From a virus (Duplodnaviria > Caudoviricetes), in the IMG/VR virus record IMGVR_UViG_3300005077_000712, positions 25,209 through 89,208 of that record: a stretch of 64,000 bases of DNA. The stretch is one strand, 5' to 3'. Made by a program: the position numbers and the translations under genes. Shown here piece after piece: positions 25,109-35,664 of the stretch (its first letter is position 1; the number at the start of each line of letters is the position of its first letter). The notes under the pieces are model-generated. The model had not been told where the DNA came from, ran no database searches, and saw only the letters and a list, made by a program, of their open reading frames with translations.

Positions 25109-26401
25109 ATGAATTTTATTAAATTTCAAGAAATTAAAGACAAAGTTGAAAAATTACCTAATGTTAATTTTTACTCCTTTAATGAAGATACAATTATTGT
25201 AAAAAATACAAAGAATCAAGCATTGTATCAAATTCCATTTACAGAAGAACAAGACGAAACTCTTACACTTCACTTACAAGAAGGTGAACAAGTCACAGAG
25301 GCAACACCTACATTAGAAGAAGAATTTATCTCTTATAAAAAAGGTATAAAGAATAGTGTAAAAAAAATATTTTCAAATTATAATGAAGGTGTTTCAGACC
25401 TAAAAAAATATTTTCAAGAACTCCCTCAAATAGATATTGATAGTCTTAAAAAAGATGTTAATGAAAAAAAATCATTTGCAGAAGCTATTGATGTTTATTC
25501 AAAAAGTGATTTTGAACCTATAAGAAATATTAATAAAAAGTTTAAAAAACAACTTATAGAAATGAATGAAGATAAAAAAGAATTTATAAATCTTCTTAAT
25601 ATCTTTGATGAAAATAATAATCTTAAATCATATGACTTAAATTACGATCATTTCAAATCTATGTATAATGAATCTATGTTAGCTTATGAAGAATTTAATA
25701 ATACTCTTAAAAAGATGAGTAAATTTCATAAAGCTGTTGAAAGAATTGTAATGAATGAAGATATTGCTAAAAATATTATAGAAAAACTTGATTATACTGA
25801 AAGTGCAAAAATCTCAGTACCTAAAACTCTTGTAAAGGTGAAACAACTTTATAAAGAAGATGAATTTAAAGTTAGTATTACTGACGCATCTAAAAAAATT
25901 ATTAAAACATATAATGAATTTTTTGATGTTGAAGGTGATTCTGCACCAGTTCTTTATAATAAATTCATTGATGGTGGAGATGAAATTCCTAAATATTTAA
26001 AATTCTCTAATGGTAAATATTCAACAACTGATGTTCAAACACTTGCACATGAACTTGAACAATCTTACTATGTTCTTTCTGACCTTACTCCAGAAGATTT
26101 AATGCAAATAGCAGATTGGAGAAATCAATGTGAATATATGTCAAGAACAAATATGATCTCTGATAAAAAAGTTGATGAAATCATTAATGGATTTAATAAA
26201 AGATTCACAGTAAATAGTGCAGAAGAATTTAATGATGGTGATATGGCATTAGGATTTAAAGATTCTGAAGAAATGGATATGGAAAATGCTGATGGTATAG
26301 CTTATGATGGTTCTTCTGTAAAAGATGATGATATTGAAGGTGAACTTGAATATGATGATGAAGAAGATTTTGAAGAAGTTAAAGGTGCAGCAATAGCTTA
26401 A
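25109..26401 (+). CDS. Hypothetical head-region protein, acidic
   Basis: 430 aa; AGGAG RBS. Confidence 0.65.
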   Translation: MNFIKFQEIKDKVEKLPNVNFYSFNEDTIIVKNTKNQALYQIPFTEEQDETLTLHLQEGEQVTEATPTLEEEFISYKKGIKNSVKKIFSNYNEGVSDLKKYFQELPQIDIDSLKKDVNEKKSFAEAIDVYSKSDFEPIRNINKKFKKQLIEMNEDKKEFINLLNIFDENNNLKSYDLNYDHFKSMYNESMLAYEEFNNTLKKMSKFHKAVERIVMNEDIAKNIIEKLDYTESAKISVPKTLVKVKQLYKEDEFKVSITDASKKIIKTYNEFFDVEGDSAPVLYNKFIDGGDEIPKYLKFSNGKYSTTDVQTLAHELEQSYYVLSDLTPEDLMQIADWRNQCEYMSRTNMISDKKVDEIINGFNKRFTVNSAEEFNDGDMALGFKDSEEMDMENADGIAYDGSSVKDDDIEGELEYDDEEDFEEVKGAAIA

Positions 26402-26428
26402 TTAAAAATAAAAAAAGAGGATAATGTA

Positions 26429-26833
26429 ATGAGTGAAATATTCAATAAATATATGAAAAAAGCAAAAGAGTATAATGAAGTTAATATTCAATTTACTCAA
26501 TCAAAAGGTTTAAAATCAGGAAGAGATTTTATGTCAGCAGGAATAGATGATGTTCCTGAAAAGGATAGAAGTAAAGTCAAAGCAGGGATGAGTAGAAAAT
26601 TTAAACTTAATAAAAAAATAACTCAAGGTATAAATGATGGCTCATTAGACCCACAAGAGCTTATTACTGCAACTGTGAATTTTCTTCAACCTATGATGCT
26701 TAATAGCTATGAATCATATATAGATGCAAAAATGGCAGGAGAAGAAGCTACACTCTCTGAATTTAATGACGAAGGTTCTGAAGAAGATGATATGCTTGAA
26801 TTAAGTGATACATCTGCAACTGCTCCATATTAA
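26429..26833 (+). CDS. Hypothetical head-region protein
   Basis: 134 aa, starts MSEIFNKYM. Confidence 0.6.
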   Translation: MSEIFNKYMKKAKEYNEVNIQFTQSKGLKSGRDFMSAGIDDVPEKDRSKVKAGMSRKFKLNKKITQGINDGSLDPQELITATVNFLQPMMLNSYESYIDAKMAGEEATLSEFNDEGSEEDDMLELSDTSATAPY

Positions 26834-26914
26834 TACATGATGAAAGTTATGAATTTATTTAATAAATATTTAATAGAGATCCAGTTGGAATATTTAAATA
26901 AGAGAGGTTAGAAA

Positions 26915-27592
26915 ATGTCTGATTCTAAAAATTTGCGAGCTTACATATCAACAGCATGGGTTTCTAAGGCTTTTGGATATACAGAAAGTATAGATGAAAA
27001 GAGTGGATCAGCTCAATTTATTCTTGAAGGAGAATTTCAAAGAGCTAATGCACAAAATAGAAATACCCGTATTTATAAATTTGAATTACTTAATAGAGAG
27101 AATAATAAACTTAGAGAAATTATTGAATCAAGAGGTGGACATCCTATGGGAATGGATCATCCTATTCCTGATGGCACAGAAGCATCTATGACTCGTATTC
27201 AACGTATTGATATGGAAAATGCTTGTGGTCTTACTACATGGCTTGAAATGCAAGGTGATGTAGTTTATGGTAAAGCTAAGATAATTCTTGGTGATTATGG
27301 TACAGGTGACAAATTAGCTGCTTTTGTTAAAGCAGGATATAAGCCAGGTGTATCTTCAAGAGGACTTGGTGGTGATCCTGTTATGACTGCTGAAGGTTAT
27401 ATGTATGTTCCTGATGATTATAATATGATTTGTTATGATTTTGTTACTAATCCATCTACACATAATGCAATTCTTCAAAGAAGTTTTCAAGAAGAAGTTG
27501 ATTATTATAGTCATCTTACTAAAGGTAATACACAAAAAAATGTTTGGGAAGTTTTAACAAGCCTTAGTAAAAAGCATATTAAAGGTGAATAA
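26915..27592 (+). CDS. Prohead protease (T4 gp21-like)
   Basis: LEGEFQRANAQNRNTRIY, MDHP, GVSSRGLG, DFVTNPSTHNA. Confidence 0.92.
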   Translation: MSDSKNLRAYISTAWVSKAFGYTESIDEKSGSAQFILEGEFQRANAQNRNTRIYKFELLNRENNKLREIIESRGGHPMGMDHPIPDGTEASMTRIQRIDMENACGLTTWLEMQGDVVYGKAKIILGDYGTGDKLAAFVKAGYKPGVSSRGLGGDPVMTAEGYMYVPDDYNMICYDFVTNPSTHNAILQRSFQEEVDYYSHLTKGNTQKNVWEVLTSLSKKHIKGE

Positions 27593-27594
27593 TT

Positions 27595-27969
27595 ATGAAA
27601 GATTATAATGAAGTTGAAAAAATATATAATGTTGAAATTTTAAAAAAATCTATTAATGAATCAAAAACTAATAGTGTAAAAGACAAAATAAGAGAAACAA
27701 TTATAAATGGTATTTTTTCTAAAAAGAAAAGTTTTAATCTTAAAAACATATTAAAAGACCTTAATGAAGATGAATATAAAAAGATATATGATAAATGTTA
27801 TGATAACGATAGATTTTTGGGTACTATTCTTGGATCTATTAAAAAAGAGTATAAAGAAAAATATCCAAATTTTGATTGGTCTTATGATACTGTAAATCAT
27901 AAGCAAGATGTTATTATATCTATAAAGTTTGAAAAAAAAGAATCTACTATTAATGAAAAGGAAAAGTAA
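27595..27969 (+). CDS. Hypothetical protein
   Basis: 124-aa ORF with SINES/TINE motifs. Confidence 0.55.
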   Translation: MKDYNEVEKIYNVEILKKSINESKTNSVKDKIRETIINGIFSKKKSFNLKNILKDLNEDEYKKIYDKCYDNDRFLGTILGSIKKEYKEKYPNFDWSYDTVNHKQDVIISIKFEKKESTINEKEK

Positions 27970-27975
27970 AAAAAT

Positions 27976-28512
27976 ATGAAAAAAAAATTAGATACCTATT
28001 TACAAAAACTATATGCTGAAGAAACTAATAAGGTTGATTTAGGCAGTAAAAAGAAAAAAGTTATTAATGAAGTTGTAACTCAAATTGGTAGTGAATCTGA
28101 ACAACGTAGAGGTCTTAATAAAAGATTTGATAATGTTACTAAAGGTCAAAAAACTCTTACATCTCAACAAAAGAAATTAGGCCAATTAATTATTGCTAAA
28201 GTTATGGATAAATCTTTAACTGCTGATGAAGTTATTAGAGTTCTTCTAAAAGTCCTTCCTTCAAATTATATGGATCAAGTACAAATTATGCTTAATCTTA
28301 ATCCTGATAAAATTAAACAAGTTCCTGTAGAAGAATCAGTTAAACCTATAAATGAATTATTTGGAGAAGATCCTTTATTGACAGATGAAGAAGGAAATTC
28401 ACAAGAATACCAAAGAGGATATGATGATGGCTATGAAGAGGGTTACAATTATGGCTATGAAGATGGTTATAAAGAGGGAATTGAAAAAGAATTATTAAGA
28501 CGCAATATTTAA
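27976..28512 (+). CDS. Hypothetical protein with GYxxGY repeats
   Basis: GYDDGYEEGYNYGYEDGYKEG...EKELLRRNI. Confidence 0.6.
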   Translation: MKKKLDTYLQKLYAEETNKVDLGSKKKKVINEVVTQIGSESEQRRGLNKRFDNVTKGQKTLTSQQKKLGQLIIAKVMDKSLTADEVIRVLLKVLPSNYMDQVQIMLNLNPDKIKQVPVEESVKPINELFGEDPLLTDEEGNSQEYQRGYDDGYEEGYNYGYEDGYKEGIEKELLRRNI

Positions 28513-28549
28513 TAGTTTTGAAGAGGATAATGGTTTGGATTATTAACAT

Positions 28550-28819
28550 ATGAACTTATTAAATAAATTTTTAAATGGTGTTTATACAAAAGAAATTTTT
28601 AATGAGAGTGAAGAACTTGATGAATATGAATTTTATAAACCACTAAAGAATGAAACAAAGAAACAATATATTTATAGACACACACAAAAGCTCCCAATAG
28701 ACCCAAAAAATATAAAGATGTTTAAAACAGAAACAATTAAAAAAATAATAATAGAGTACAGAGAGTATTATTCAGATCTATACGATCAATATAAAAATAA
28801 TGGTAAAAGGTTAATATGA
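28550..28819 (+). CDS. Hypothetical protein
   Basis: 89 aa; a partially deleted copy lies at ~29212-29365. Confidence 0.55.
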   Translation: MNLLNKFLNGVYTKEIFNESEELDEYEFYKPLKNETKKQYIYRHTQKLPIDPKNIKMFKTETIKKIIIEYREYYSDLYDQYKNNGKRLI

Positions 28820-29211
28820 AAAGAAGTGTAATAGATGTTTATTTAGAAAAGATTTATAATGAAGATGTTTTAAACAAACAATTTTATGGGAAAGATTTAG
28901 TCCCAATTCTTAGCAAAGAATCAGTTAAATCTAAAGGTAAAAAAGTTATAAATGAATTATGGGATAATGATGATGATTATTTACCTGAAGGGAATCCAGA
29001 TGAACATCAAATGGGATATGATGATGGCTATGAAATTGGTTATGAAGATGGTAAAGCAAGAATTGAAAAAGAATTAATAAGACCTGAAGATTTATTAAGA
29101 CCTGAAGAGCCATTAAATGAATATCAAATAGGTTATAATGATGGTTATGAAGATGGCTATAAAGATGGCAAAGCAATGGTTGAAAAAGAATTATTAAGAC
29201 GCAATATTTAA
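28816..29211 (+). CDS. Paralog of 27976-28512 with two GYxxGY blocks
   Basis: GYDDGYEIGYEDG, GYNDGYEDGYKDG; same EKELLRRNI end. Confidence 0.6.
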   Translation: MKRSVIDVYLEKIYNEDVLNKQFYGKDLVPILSKESVKSKGKKVINELWDNDDDYLPEGNPDEHQMGYDDGYEIGYEDGKARIEKELIRPEDLLRPEEPLNEYQIGYNDGYEDGYKDGKAMVEKELLRRNI

Positions 29212-29510
29212 TGGTATTTATACAAAAAAAAATTTTAATCAGAGTGATAAATATGAATTTTATAAACCGCTAAAGAATGAAACAATTAAAAAAATAATAA
29301 TAGAGTACAGAGAGTATTATTCAGATTTGTACGATCAATATAAAAATAATGGTAAAAGGTTAATATGAAAAAAATGCAATTGATATTTATTTAGAAAAGG
29401 TTTATGAGAAGTCTATTATGTATCAGAAATATATTAAATAAAAAAACATAAATATACAAAAAATTACGAAAGAATTTTAACAATTAACAAATATATATAT
29501 TAGTAATAAA

Positions 29511-30446
29511 ATGGAGGATTTATTAATGAATCTTAAAAGAGTAAAGGAAATACTTGAATCCAAAAGTTTGGATGAAAAGGAAATTAAAGCTCTTGACGAA
29601 TTTTTTACTCAATATACAGAGGAAGTCAAAATAGCCGAAAGAAAAAAACTTGGTATTAATGGGAATGAAGAAATGATTCCTAAATCTCTTGCAGAAAAAG
29701 CTTTTAATAAATTTAACAAAGATGCTGAAACAGCTTTTAATCTTTTTAAAGAAGATTCAAAAAACGCTTTTAATCTTTTTAAATCTGATTCAGAAAAAGC
29801 TTTTGATCTTTATGCAGAAGATTTACAAAATGAATATGCTGAGAATATGGTGAAAGGACTTCAAGATCTTTATTCTGATATTGAAACAAGAGTTAAGAAA
29901 GACTTTATGGAATCAAAGGATGCCTCTATACTTAATGGTATTAAAAGACTTGTTATGCCATTAGTAGCAGCGGAAGAGCAACAAGCATTGCTTGAAGAAA
30001 TTGATAAACTAAAGAGTGAAAAGAAAATCATTCTTGAAGAAACACAAGAAGTTACTAAAGAGAATATAATTAATTCATTAGTATCTGGTTTCCCAAAAGA
30101 ATATGCAGAAGATATTAAATCTTATTTAGTTCCATCTAAAAATGAAGATGAGATTTATGAGCGTTTTTCTTTTATTTGTGAAATGGTTGATAAGGGTGCA
30201 ATAAAACCTAAAACTGTTATTTCAGAAGAAGTTAAAAAAGTAGAAGATAAAAAAGTTGCAAAGAAAGTTGAAAAGAAACAAATTACAGAAGAAAAAAGAC
30301 CTGCTATTAAACAAAAGAAATTAATAACGGAAGAGTTAAATTCTTCTTCAAGTGTTAGATCAAAATCTAAGGAAGTAACAACTGCTCCTAAGAAATTCTT
30401 TACTGATGAAGATGATGCTATTATTAGCATGTTATTTGGTGCATAA
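29511..30446 (+). CDS. Prohead core/scaffold protein (gp22-like)
   Basis: Charged coiled-coil protein directly upstream of the major capsid gene. Confidence 0.7.
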   Translation: MEDLLMNLKRVKEILESKSLDEKEIKALDEFFTQYTEEVKIAERKKLGINGNEEMIPKSLAEKAFNKFNKDAETAFNLFKEDSKNAFNLFKSDSEKAFDLYAEDLQNEYAENMVKGLQDLYSDIETRVKKDFMESKDASILNGIKRLVMPLVAAEEQQALLEEIDKLKSEKKIILEETQEVTKENIINSLVSGFPKEYAEDIKSYLVPSKNEDEIYERFSFICEMVDKGAIKPKTVISEEVKKVEDKKVAKKVEKKQITEEKRPAIKQKKLITEELNSSSSVRSKSKEVTTAPKKFFTDEDDAIISMLFGA

Positions 30447-30485
30447 ATTAAACAATAATAGTTTAAAAATATTGGAGGAATTATA

Positions 30486-32177
30486 ATGTTTTATACCGAA
30501 GCATACAAACAAAGACAAGAATTAGAAAGTTCTCTTTTGTCAAAATGGGAACCTGCTCTTAATGCAAACGGCGGTGTTGCTAATGAACACCTTGCAAGAG
30601 CTACTGCTATTCTTTGTGAGAACTATCTTACTGAACTCAAAGGTGATCCAAGACTTATCGCTGAAGATAGAGTTCAAACAGGAGCATTTAGAGGAGTTAA
30701 CCTTGCTCTACTTGGTCTTATTACCCGTGTTATTCCTGCCCTTGTAGGTGCAGAACTTGTTGGTGTTCAAGCTATGCCAACCCCTAAATCACCTATATTT
30801 ACAATGACATGGCACAAATCTGCAACCAAAGGTTTCACTACTGGAAATACAGGATCATTCCCTAATCTTCCTGATGGTGATGAACTTTGGGTAACTCCTA
30901 TTCCTGACTCTTATGCTGAATTTGGTGGGGTTGATCCTTACTATTCATCTAATCAGGTTTATGAGAAAAAAACCAAAGCTCAAGTAGTTGCTTTCGCAGC
31001 TTCAGCTTATGAATTTGCATGGGCTAAAGAATTGGATAAAATGGATACTAAAGGTTATCTTTATCCTGAAAGTGTTGTAGTTTATTTTCTTGATAGTACA
31101 GCAGAAATTAAAGATTTTGCAACTTATGGACCTAATGGAAATTATCTTGCAAGAGCATATATTACAGGTGGACTCAATGGCCTTAATGAATATGTTATGC
31201 TTTTTACAGATGTAAATGGCGTGAATATTCCTATTGCTGCTGCTGATCTTTCTTTTGATCAAACTGCAAATCCTAAACTTATTGTTGCAACAGGTACTTG
31301 GCCAAATATTATCACAGCAATTGAAACTGCTTCAGGAAAGGTTGTTGGTAATGTAATATTCTCTTATCAATATGATGCTGAAGATGAAGGTAATATTCCT
31401 GAAATCGAATTTAAAATTTCAGAAGAAGTAATTGGTCTTACTCGTAGACAATTAAGAGGAAAATATACAGTTGATGCTGTGCAAGATCTTAAAGTATTGC
31501 ATGGTATTAATCTTGATAGCGAACTTGTGAACATGATGAAAAACGAGCTTATGCACGAAATTAATCATGAAATCGTAACTGACCTTCGCAAACTTGCTTA
31601 TCATGTAAAAGAACTTGATTTTAATGATTTTGTAAACTATACTGCTGGTACTGCTGGTGCTGTTACTACAGGTAACTATGATGATGCCGCTAAACTTGCT
31701 CTCGATGCAATTAATAGAATTGCTGCAAGTATATGGGTTAAAGGACGTATGGGATATGGTAACTTCGTAGTTGGTAATCCTATCACACTTTCTTATCTTG
31801 ATAGAGTTCCTGGTTTCGTAGGTTCTGGAGTTACTTATTCTGGAAGAGACCTCTCTTATGCAGGCTCAGTTGGTGGTAAACTTAAAATCTATCACGATCC
31901 TACCTTCCCTGAAGATGAACTTCTTATCGGTTATAAAGGCGGATCTGCTCTTGAGACTGGATACTTATACTGTCCATATCTCCCTATTACAGCAACTCCT
32001 ACTCTTTATAATCCAACAACAGGAGACCCAAGTAAGATTTTTTATACTCGTTATTCTAAGACTCTTAAAGAAAGTGGTTCTGGTTTAACAAGACCAAAAT
32101 CTGTTATTCTTAATGGAGAGCTTCAATATGCGAGACTTAAATTAACAAATTACCCTGGTTCTAAACTTTTTGGATAA
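30486..32177 (+). CDS. Major capsid protein (T4 gp23-like)
   Basis: LLSKWEPAL, VGVQAMPTP..PIF, RQLRGKYTVDAVQDLKVLHG...EINHEI, YCPYLP. Confidence 0.95.
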   Translation: MFYTEAYKQRQELESSLLSKWEPALNANGGVANEHLARATAILCENYLTELKGDPRLIAEDRVQTGAFRGVNLALLGLITRVIPALVGAELVGVQAMPTPKSPIFTMTWHKSATKGFTTGNTGSFPNLPDGDELWVTPIPDSYAEFGGVDPYYSSNQVYEKKTKAQVVAFAASAYEFAWAKELDKMDTKGYLYPESVVVYFLDSTAEIKDFATYGPNGNYLARAYITGGLNGLNEYVMLFTDVNGVNIPIAAADLSFDQTANPKLIVATGTWPNIITAIETASGKVVGNVIFSYQYDAEDEGNIPEIEFKISEEVIGLTRRQLRGKYTVDAVQDLKVLHGINLDSELVNMMKNELMHEINHEIVTDLRKLAYHVKELDFNDFVNYTAGTAGAVTTGNYDDAAKLALDAINRIAASIWVKGRMGYGNFVVGNPITLSYLDRVPGFVGSGVTYSGRDLSYAGSVGGKLKIYHDPTFPEDELLIGYKGGSALETGYLYCPYLPITATPTLYNPTTGDPSKIFYTRYSKTLKESGSGLTRPKSVILNGELQYARLKLTNYPGSKLFG

Positions 32178-32200
32178 GATTTAAGATTTAGTCAATTTAT

Positions 32201-32234
32201 AAAAAGCGGAGAAGAAATTCTCCGCTTTTTTTTT
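32201..32234 (+). terminator. Intrinsic terminator after the major capsid gene
   Basis: AAAAAGCGGAGAA-GAAA-TTCTCCGCTTTTT. Confidence 0.85.
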
Positions 32235-32268
32235 ATATAAAAGTTTTAAAAAAGTAATATAATTATAC

Positions 32269-33954
32269 ATGAGAGAAAAATATATAAAAAAAGCTAATTT
32301 AGTTCATAATAATAAATATGACTATTCAAAACTGATATATACTAATTTAAATAATAAGGGTATAATTATATGTCCTATTCATGGTGAATTTGAACAAAAT
32401 TTACATGCTCATTTATATTTAAAACAAGGTTGTAAACTTTGTGGTATAGAATCAAGAATTAATAAACGAAAAAAAACTTTAATTGAATTTAAAAGAAATG
32501 CTTCATATATTCATAATAACAAGTATGATTATTCATTAGTTGAATATATAAACAACTCAACAAAAGTTATTATAATATGCCCTATTCATGGTAAATTTGA
32601 ACAAATTCCAAAAGATCATTTAAATGGTCATGGGTGTAGCAAATGTGGTGGCACATCAAAATTAATTAAAGAAGATATAATTATTAATTTAAATAATATT
32701 CATAATAATAAATATGATTATTCAAAATTAAAATATATAAACGGAAAAAATAAAATTAAAATTATATGTCCTATTCATGGTGAATTTGAACAAACACTTG
32801 AAAATCATAAAAATAGACAATCTGGCTGTCCTAAATGTCACATTGCACAATCTTCTTATGAAAAGGAAATTATAAAAATATTAATAAGTATAAAACCAGA
32901 TTTAAAAATATTAAATAATATATCTATAAATAAAATAAATGAGTTAAATATGAATAATAATTTTTTAGATAAAATAAAAGATAAACCAATAACTCTTCTT
33001 TCACCATATATTAAAAATTCAGAAAAAATAAAAGTTAAATGTAATATCTGTAATCATGAATGGAGTGTATTATCATCTAATTTGAATAAAGGCAATGGAT
33101 GTCCAAATTGTTTTAATAGGATTAGTTCTTATGAAAATGAGACTTATGATATATTTAAGAATGAAAATATTCAAAGGAATAAGAGATTTAATAATTATGA
33201 AATAGATATTTTTTTTCCTGATTATAATCTTGGCATAGAATTTCATGGATTATATTATCATTCAGATAAATTTAAAAATAAAAATTATCATAAAGATAAA
33301 TATTTAAAATTTAAAGAATTAAATATAGATTTAATTCAAATATTTGAAAATGAATGGATTAATAAAAAAGATATAGTTTTATCTATTATAAAAAATAGAT
33401 TAGGATTAAATAAAGAAAAGATATTTGCAAGAAAATGTGAAATAAAAAATATAGATACTGAAACAGCCAAACAGTTTTGCAATGATAATCATATACAAGG
33501 TTATGCAAGTAGTAGTGTAAAAATAGGATTATTTTATAAAGATGAGTTAGTTTCTTTAATTACTTTAAGGAAGAATAGATTTAATAAAAATAGTATTCAA
33601 GAGATAATAAGATTTTGTAATAAAAAAGATTTAACTATAATTGGAGGATTTAATAAATTATTAAGTTATATTAAAAACAGTTTGCATATAAATGAACTTT
33701 CAAGTTTTGTTGATGTTAGATATTTTAATGGAAATAGTTATAAAAATTATAAATTTGAATATCATACTGTTCCTAATTATTTTTATTTCAAAACTAATAA
33801 ATTGCTTCAAAATAGAATGATGTTTCAAAAACATAAACTTAAAAATAAACTTCCTATTTTTAATGAAACATTAAGTGAATATGAAAATATGGAATTAAAT
33901 GGATATTATCGGATTTTTGATGCAGGGAATTTAAAATTTAAACTTGATTTATAA
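32269..33954 (+). CDS. Hef-like/PD-(D/E)XK homing endonuclease with zinc-ribbon repeats
   Basis: Three CPIHG(E/K)FEQ...GCxxC repeats; EIDIFFPDYNLGIEFHGLYYHS. Confidence 0.8.
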   Translation: MREKYIKKANLVHNNKYDYSKLIYTNLNNKGIIICPIHGEFEQNLHAHLYLKQGCKLCGIESRINKRKKTLIEFKRNASYIHNNKYDYSLVEYINNSTKVIIICPIHGKFEQIPKDHLNGHGCSKCGGTSKLIKEDIIINLNNIHNNKYDYSKLKYINGKNKIKIICPIHGEFEQTLENHKNRQSGCPKCHIAQSSYEKEIIKILISIKPDLKILNNISINKINELNMNNNFLDKIKDKPITLLSPYIKNSEKIKVKCNICNHEWSVLSSNLNKGNGCPNCFNRISSYENETYDIFKNENIQRNKRFNNYEIDIFFPDYNLGIEFHGLYYHSDKFKNKNYHKDKYLKFKELNIDLIQIFENEWINKKDIVLSIIKNRLGLNKEKIFARKCEIKNIDTETAKQFCNDNHIQGYASSSVKIGLFYKDELVSLITLRKNRFNKNSIQEIIRFCNKKDLTIIGGFNKLLSYIKNSLHINELSSFVDVRYFNGNSYKNYKFEYHTVPNYFYFKTNKLLQNRMMFQKHKLKNKLPIFNETLSEYENMELNGYYRIFDAGNLKFKLDL

Positions 33955-33984
33955 AAAAGAGAGAAGAAATTCTCTCTTTTTTTT
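33954..33984 (+). terminator. Intrinsic terminator, homologous to 32201-32234
   Basis: AAAAAGAGAGAA-GAAA-TTCTCTCTTTTT. Confidence 0.8.
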
Positions 33985-34063
33985 ATATACTGAAAAAATA
34001 TATATATAAATTAACAAAAATTACAAATATAAATTTATCACTAATTTGTGGAGAAATTTATAA

Positions 34064-35329
34064 ATGATTAATTTTAACATTGATGATAAAAGTATAAAAA
34101 GTATGTTTCAATATTTTGAAGCAATTGATAAAAAAGATGATATAAGTATTTCTGAAATTATTAAAAAACAAAACTTAAAAAAATCAGGTCGTAAATCTAT
34201 AGAATTTAGTTTAATAAATTCTTTGAAAGAAAAAGATATGAGTGATATAGCAATCTATACTGCTTTATATCTTTCTAAACTAACAACTAATAAATGGTCT
34301 ATGGATGATATTGAAAATGTTTTAGAGAACGAAAATTTTATAGATGAAACATTAATACCAATGTTATCAAAAAATTTTATTGATACAAATAATTTAGATG
34401 AAGACCAAATAAGAGAAATTGCTAAGAAAGTACAAGAAAATATAGTTGAAAATGAAAAGAAAACAATATTAATGGTATCTGACTTTATTAATGAGAGAAA
34501 GAGTGATAATACTATTTTTGTTCATCAATTAACACAATCTCAATTAAGTTCAATTCAAAATTTAATTATAGAAACTTTACAAATATTTGAAAATGTTTTA
34601 GAGGATTATAACATTTCTGATTTCTTAAATCATGAAGCATCTGAAACATCATTAGAACAAACATATTTATTTATGAATAAATTACTTGGTGGTAATTTTG
34701 AATCAAAAACAACCTCATTATTATCAGAAATTAAAGTAGTTATAGATACTTTAGAAGATGTAAAAAAAACAACTAAATTAAATGAAACAGGTCAAAAAAA
34801 AGTAGAAAAATATTTAAAACTTCTTAATAAAGCAAAAGATGTATTTGAAAAATTAAGTGAAAAAACTATAATTTGGATTCAAGCAGAAAATTCAATAACT
34901 GATATAGAATCTCTTAAAAATTACTTTGATCAATTAGAAGCTGATAGAGCAAAATCTATAAAAGTAATATCACAATATAAAAAATTAAGCAAAAAACAGA
35001 CTCAAATACCATCTGAAAATCTAGAAGAAGATGAGGAAATGAGTGGATCAGATTGGTCACATGAAAGACTTAAAAAAGAAATCAAAGAAATTGCAAGAAT
35101 AATAGTAAAAGAAAAAAGAATTTCAAATCTTTCTGCTGAAGAACTTACTAAATTAAGTAATGAACTTGCTGAAAGTTTTATTAATGACAAAAAAAATATT
35201 GGGATAAAACAATATTTAAGAACAAGTGGGCATAAGGATTATGTTAGTGAAATAGCAAGTCAATTTGCAATTCAGTTAAAATCTAAAAATGTAACAGTAG
35301 GTAGACCTAAAGGAGTGGTTAAAAAATGA
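34064..35329 (+). CDS. Hypothetical protein
   Basis: 421-aa ORF; GGAG RBS. Confidence 0.6.
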   Translation: MINFNIDDKSIKSMFQYFEAIDKKDDISISEIIKKQNLKKSGRKSIEFSLINSLKEKDMSDIAIYTALYLSKLTTNKWSMDDIENVLENENFIDETLIPMLSKNFIDTNNLDEDQIREIAKKVQENIVENEKKTILMVSDFINERKSDNTIFVHQLTQSQLSSIQNLIIETLQIFENVLEDYNISDFLNHEASETSLEQTYLFMNKLLGGNFESKTTSLLSEIKVVIDTLEDVKKTTKLNETGQKKVEKYLKLLNKAKDVFEKLSEKTIIWIQAENSITDIESLKNYFDQLEADRAKSIKVISQYKKLSKKQTQIPSENLEEDEEMSGSDWSHERLKKEIKEIARIIVKEKRISNLSAEELTKLSNELAESFINDKKNIGIKQYLRTSGHKDYVSEIASQFAIQLKSKNVTVGRPKGVVKK

Positions 35330-35664
35330 GTAAAAAATTTTTTCATTATTTAAATAGATCAAATAAATTAAACAAAGAAGAAGAAAAAGATTTAGTTTCT
35401 TTTGTTGAAAATTTTGATGAAATAACTAAATCAAAAGAATATTTTGAAGATGATTATTCATTACCTTTATCACAACATATAAAACTAATTATTGAATCAG
35501 AACAAAGTGAACTTGATAAGGCAAAGAATATGTTTTCTATGCTTATAAAAAATAAAATTGATAATGAAATGGCAGCAAAAAGACTTATGACTGCTTTTGG
35601 AGTTGATAAAGAAATAAAGAGCAAAGTAATAGCATTATTTAAAGAAAATAAAGGTGAAGCATAA
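35326..35664 (+). CDS. Hypothetical protein
   Basis: 112 aa; overlaps both neighbours. Confidence 0.6.
   Translation: MSKKFFHYLNRSNKLNKEEEKDLVSFVENFDEITKSKEYFEDDYSLPLSQHIKLIIESEQSELDKAKNMFSMLIKNKIDNEMAAKRLMTAFGVDKEIKSKVIALFKENKGEA

Larger units (their letters stand above)
28480..29410 (+). repeat. Degenerate tandem duplication
   Basis: TTGAAAAAGAATTATTAAGACGCAATATTTAA and the following ORF (...TATAAAAATAATGGTAAAAGGTTAATATGAAAA) occur twice. Confidence 0.8.
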
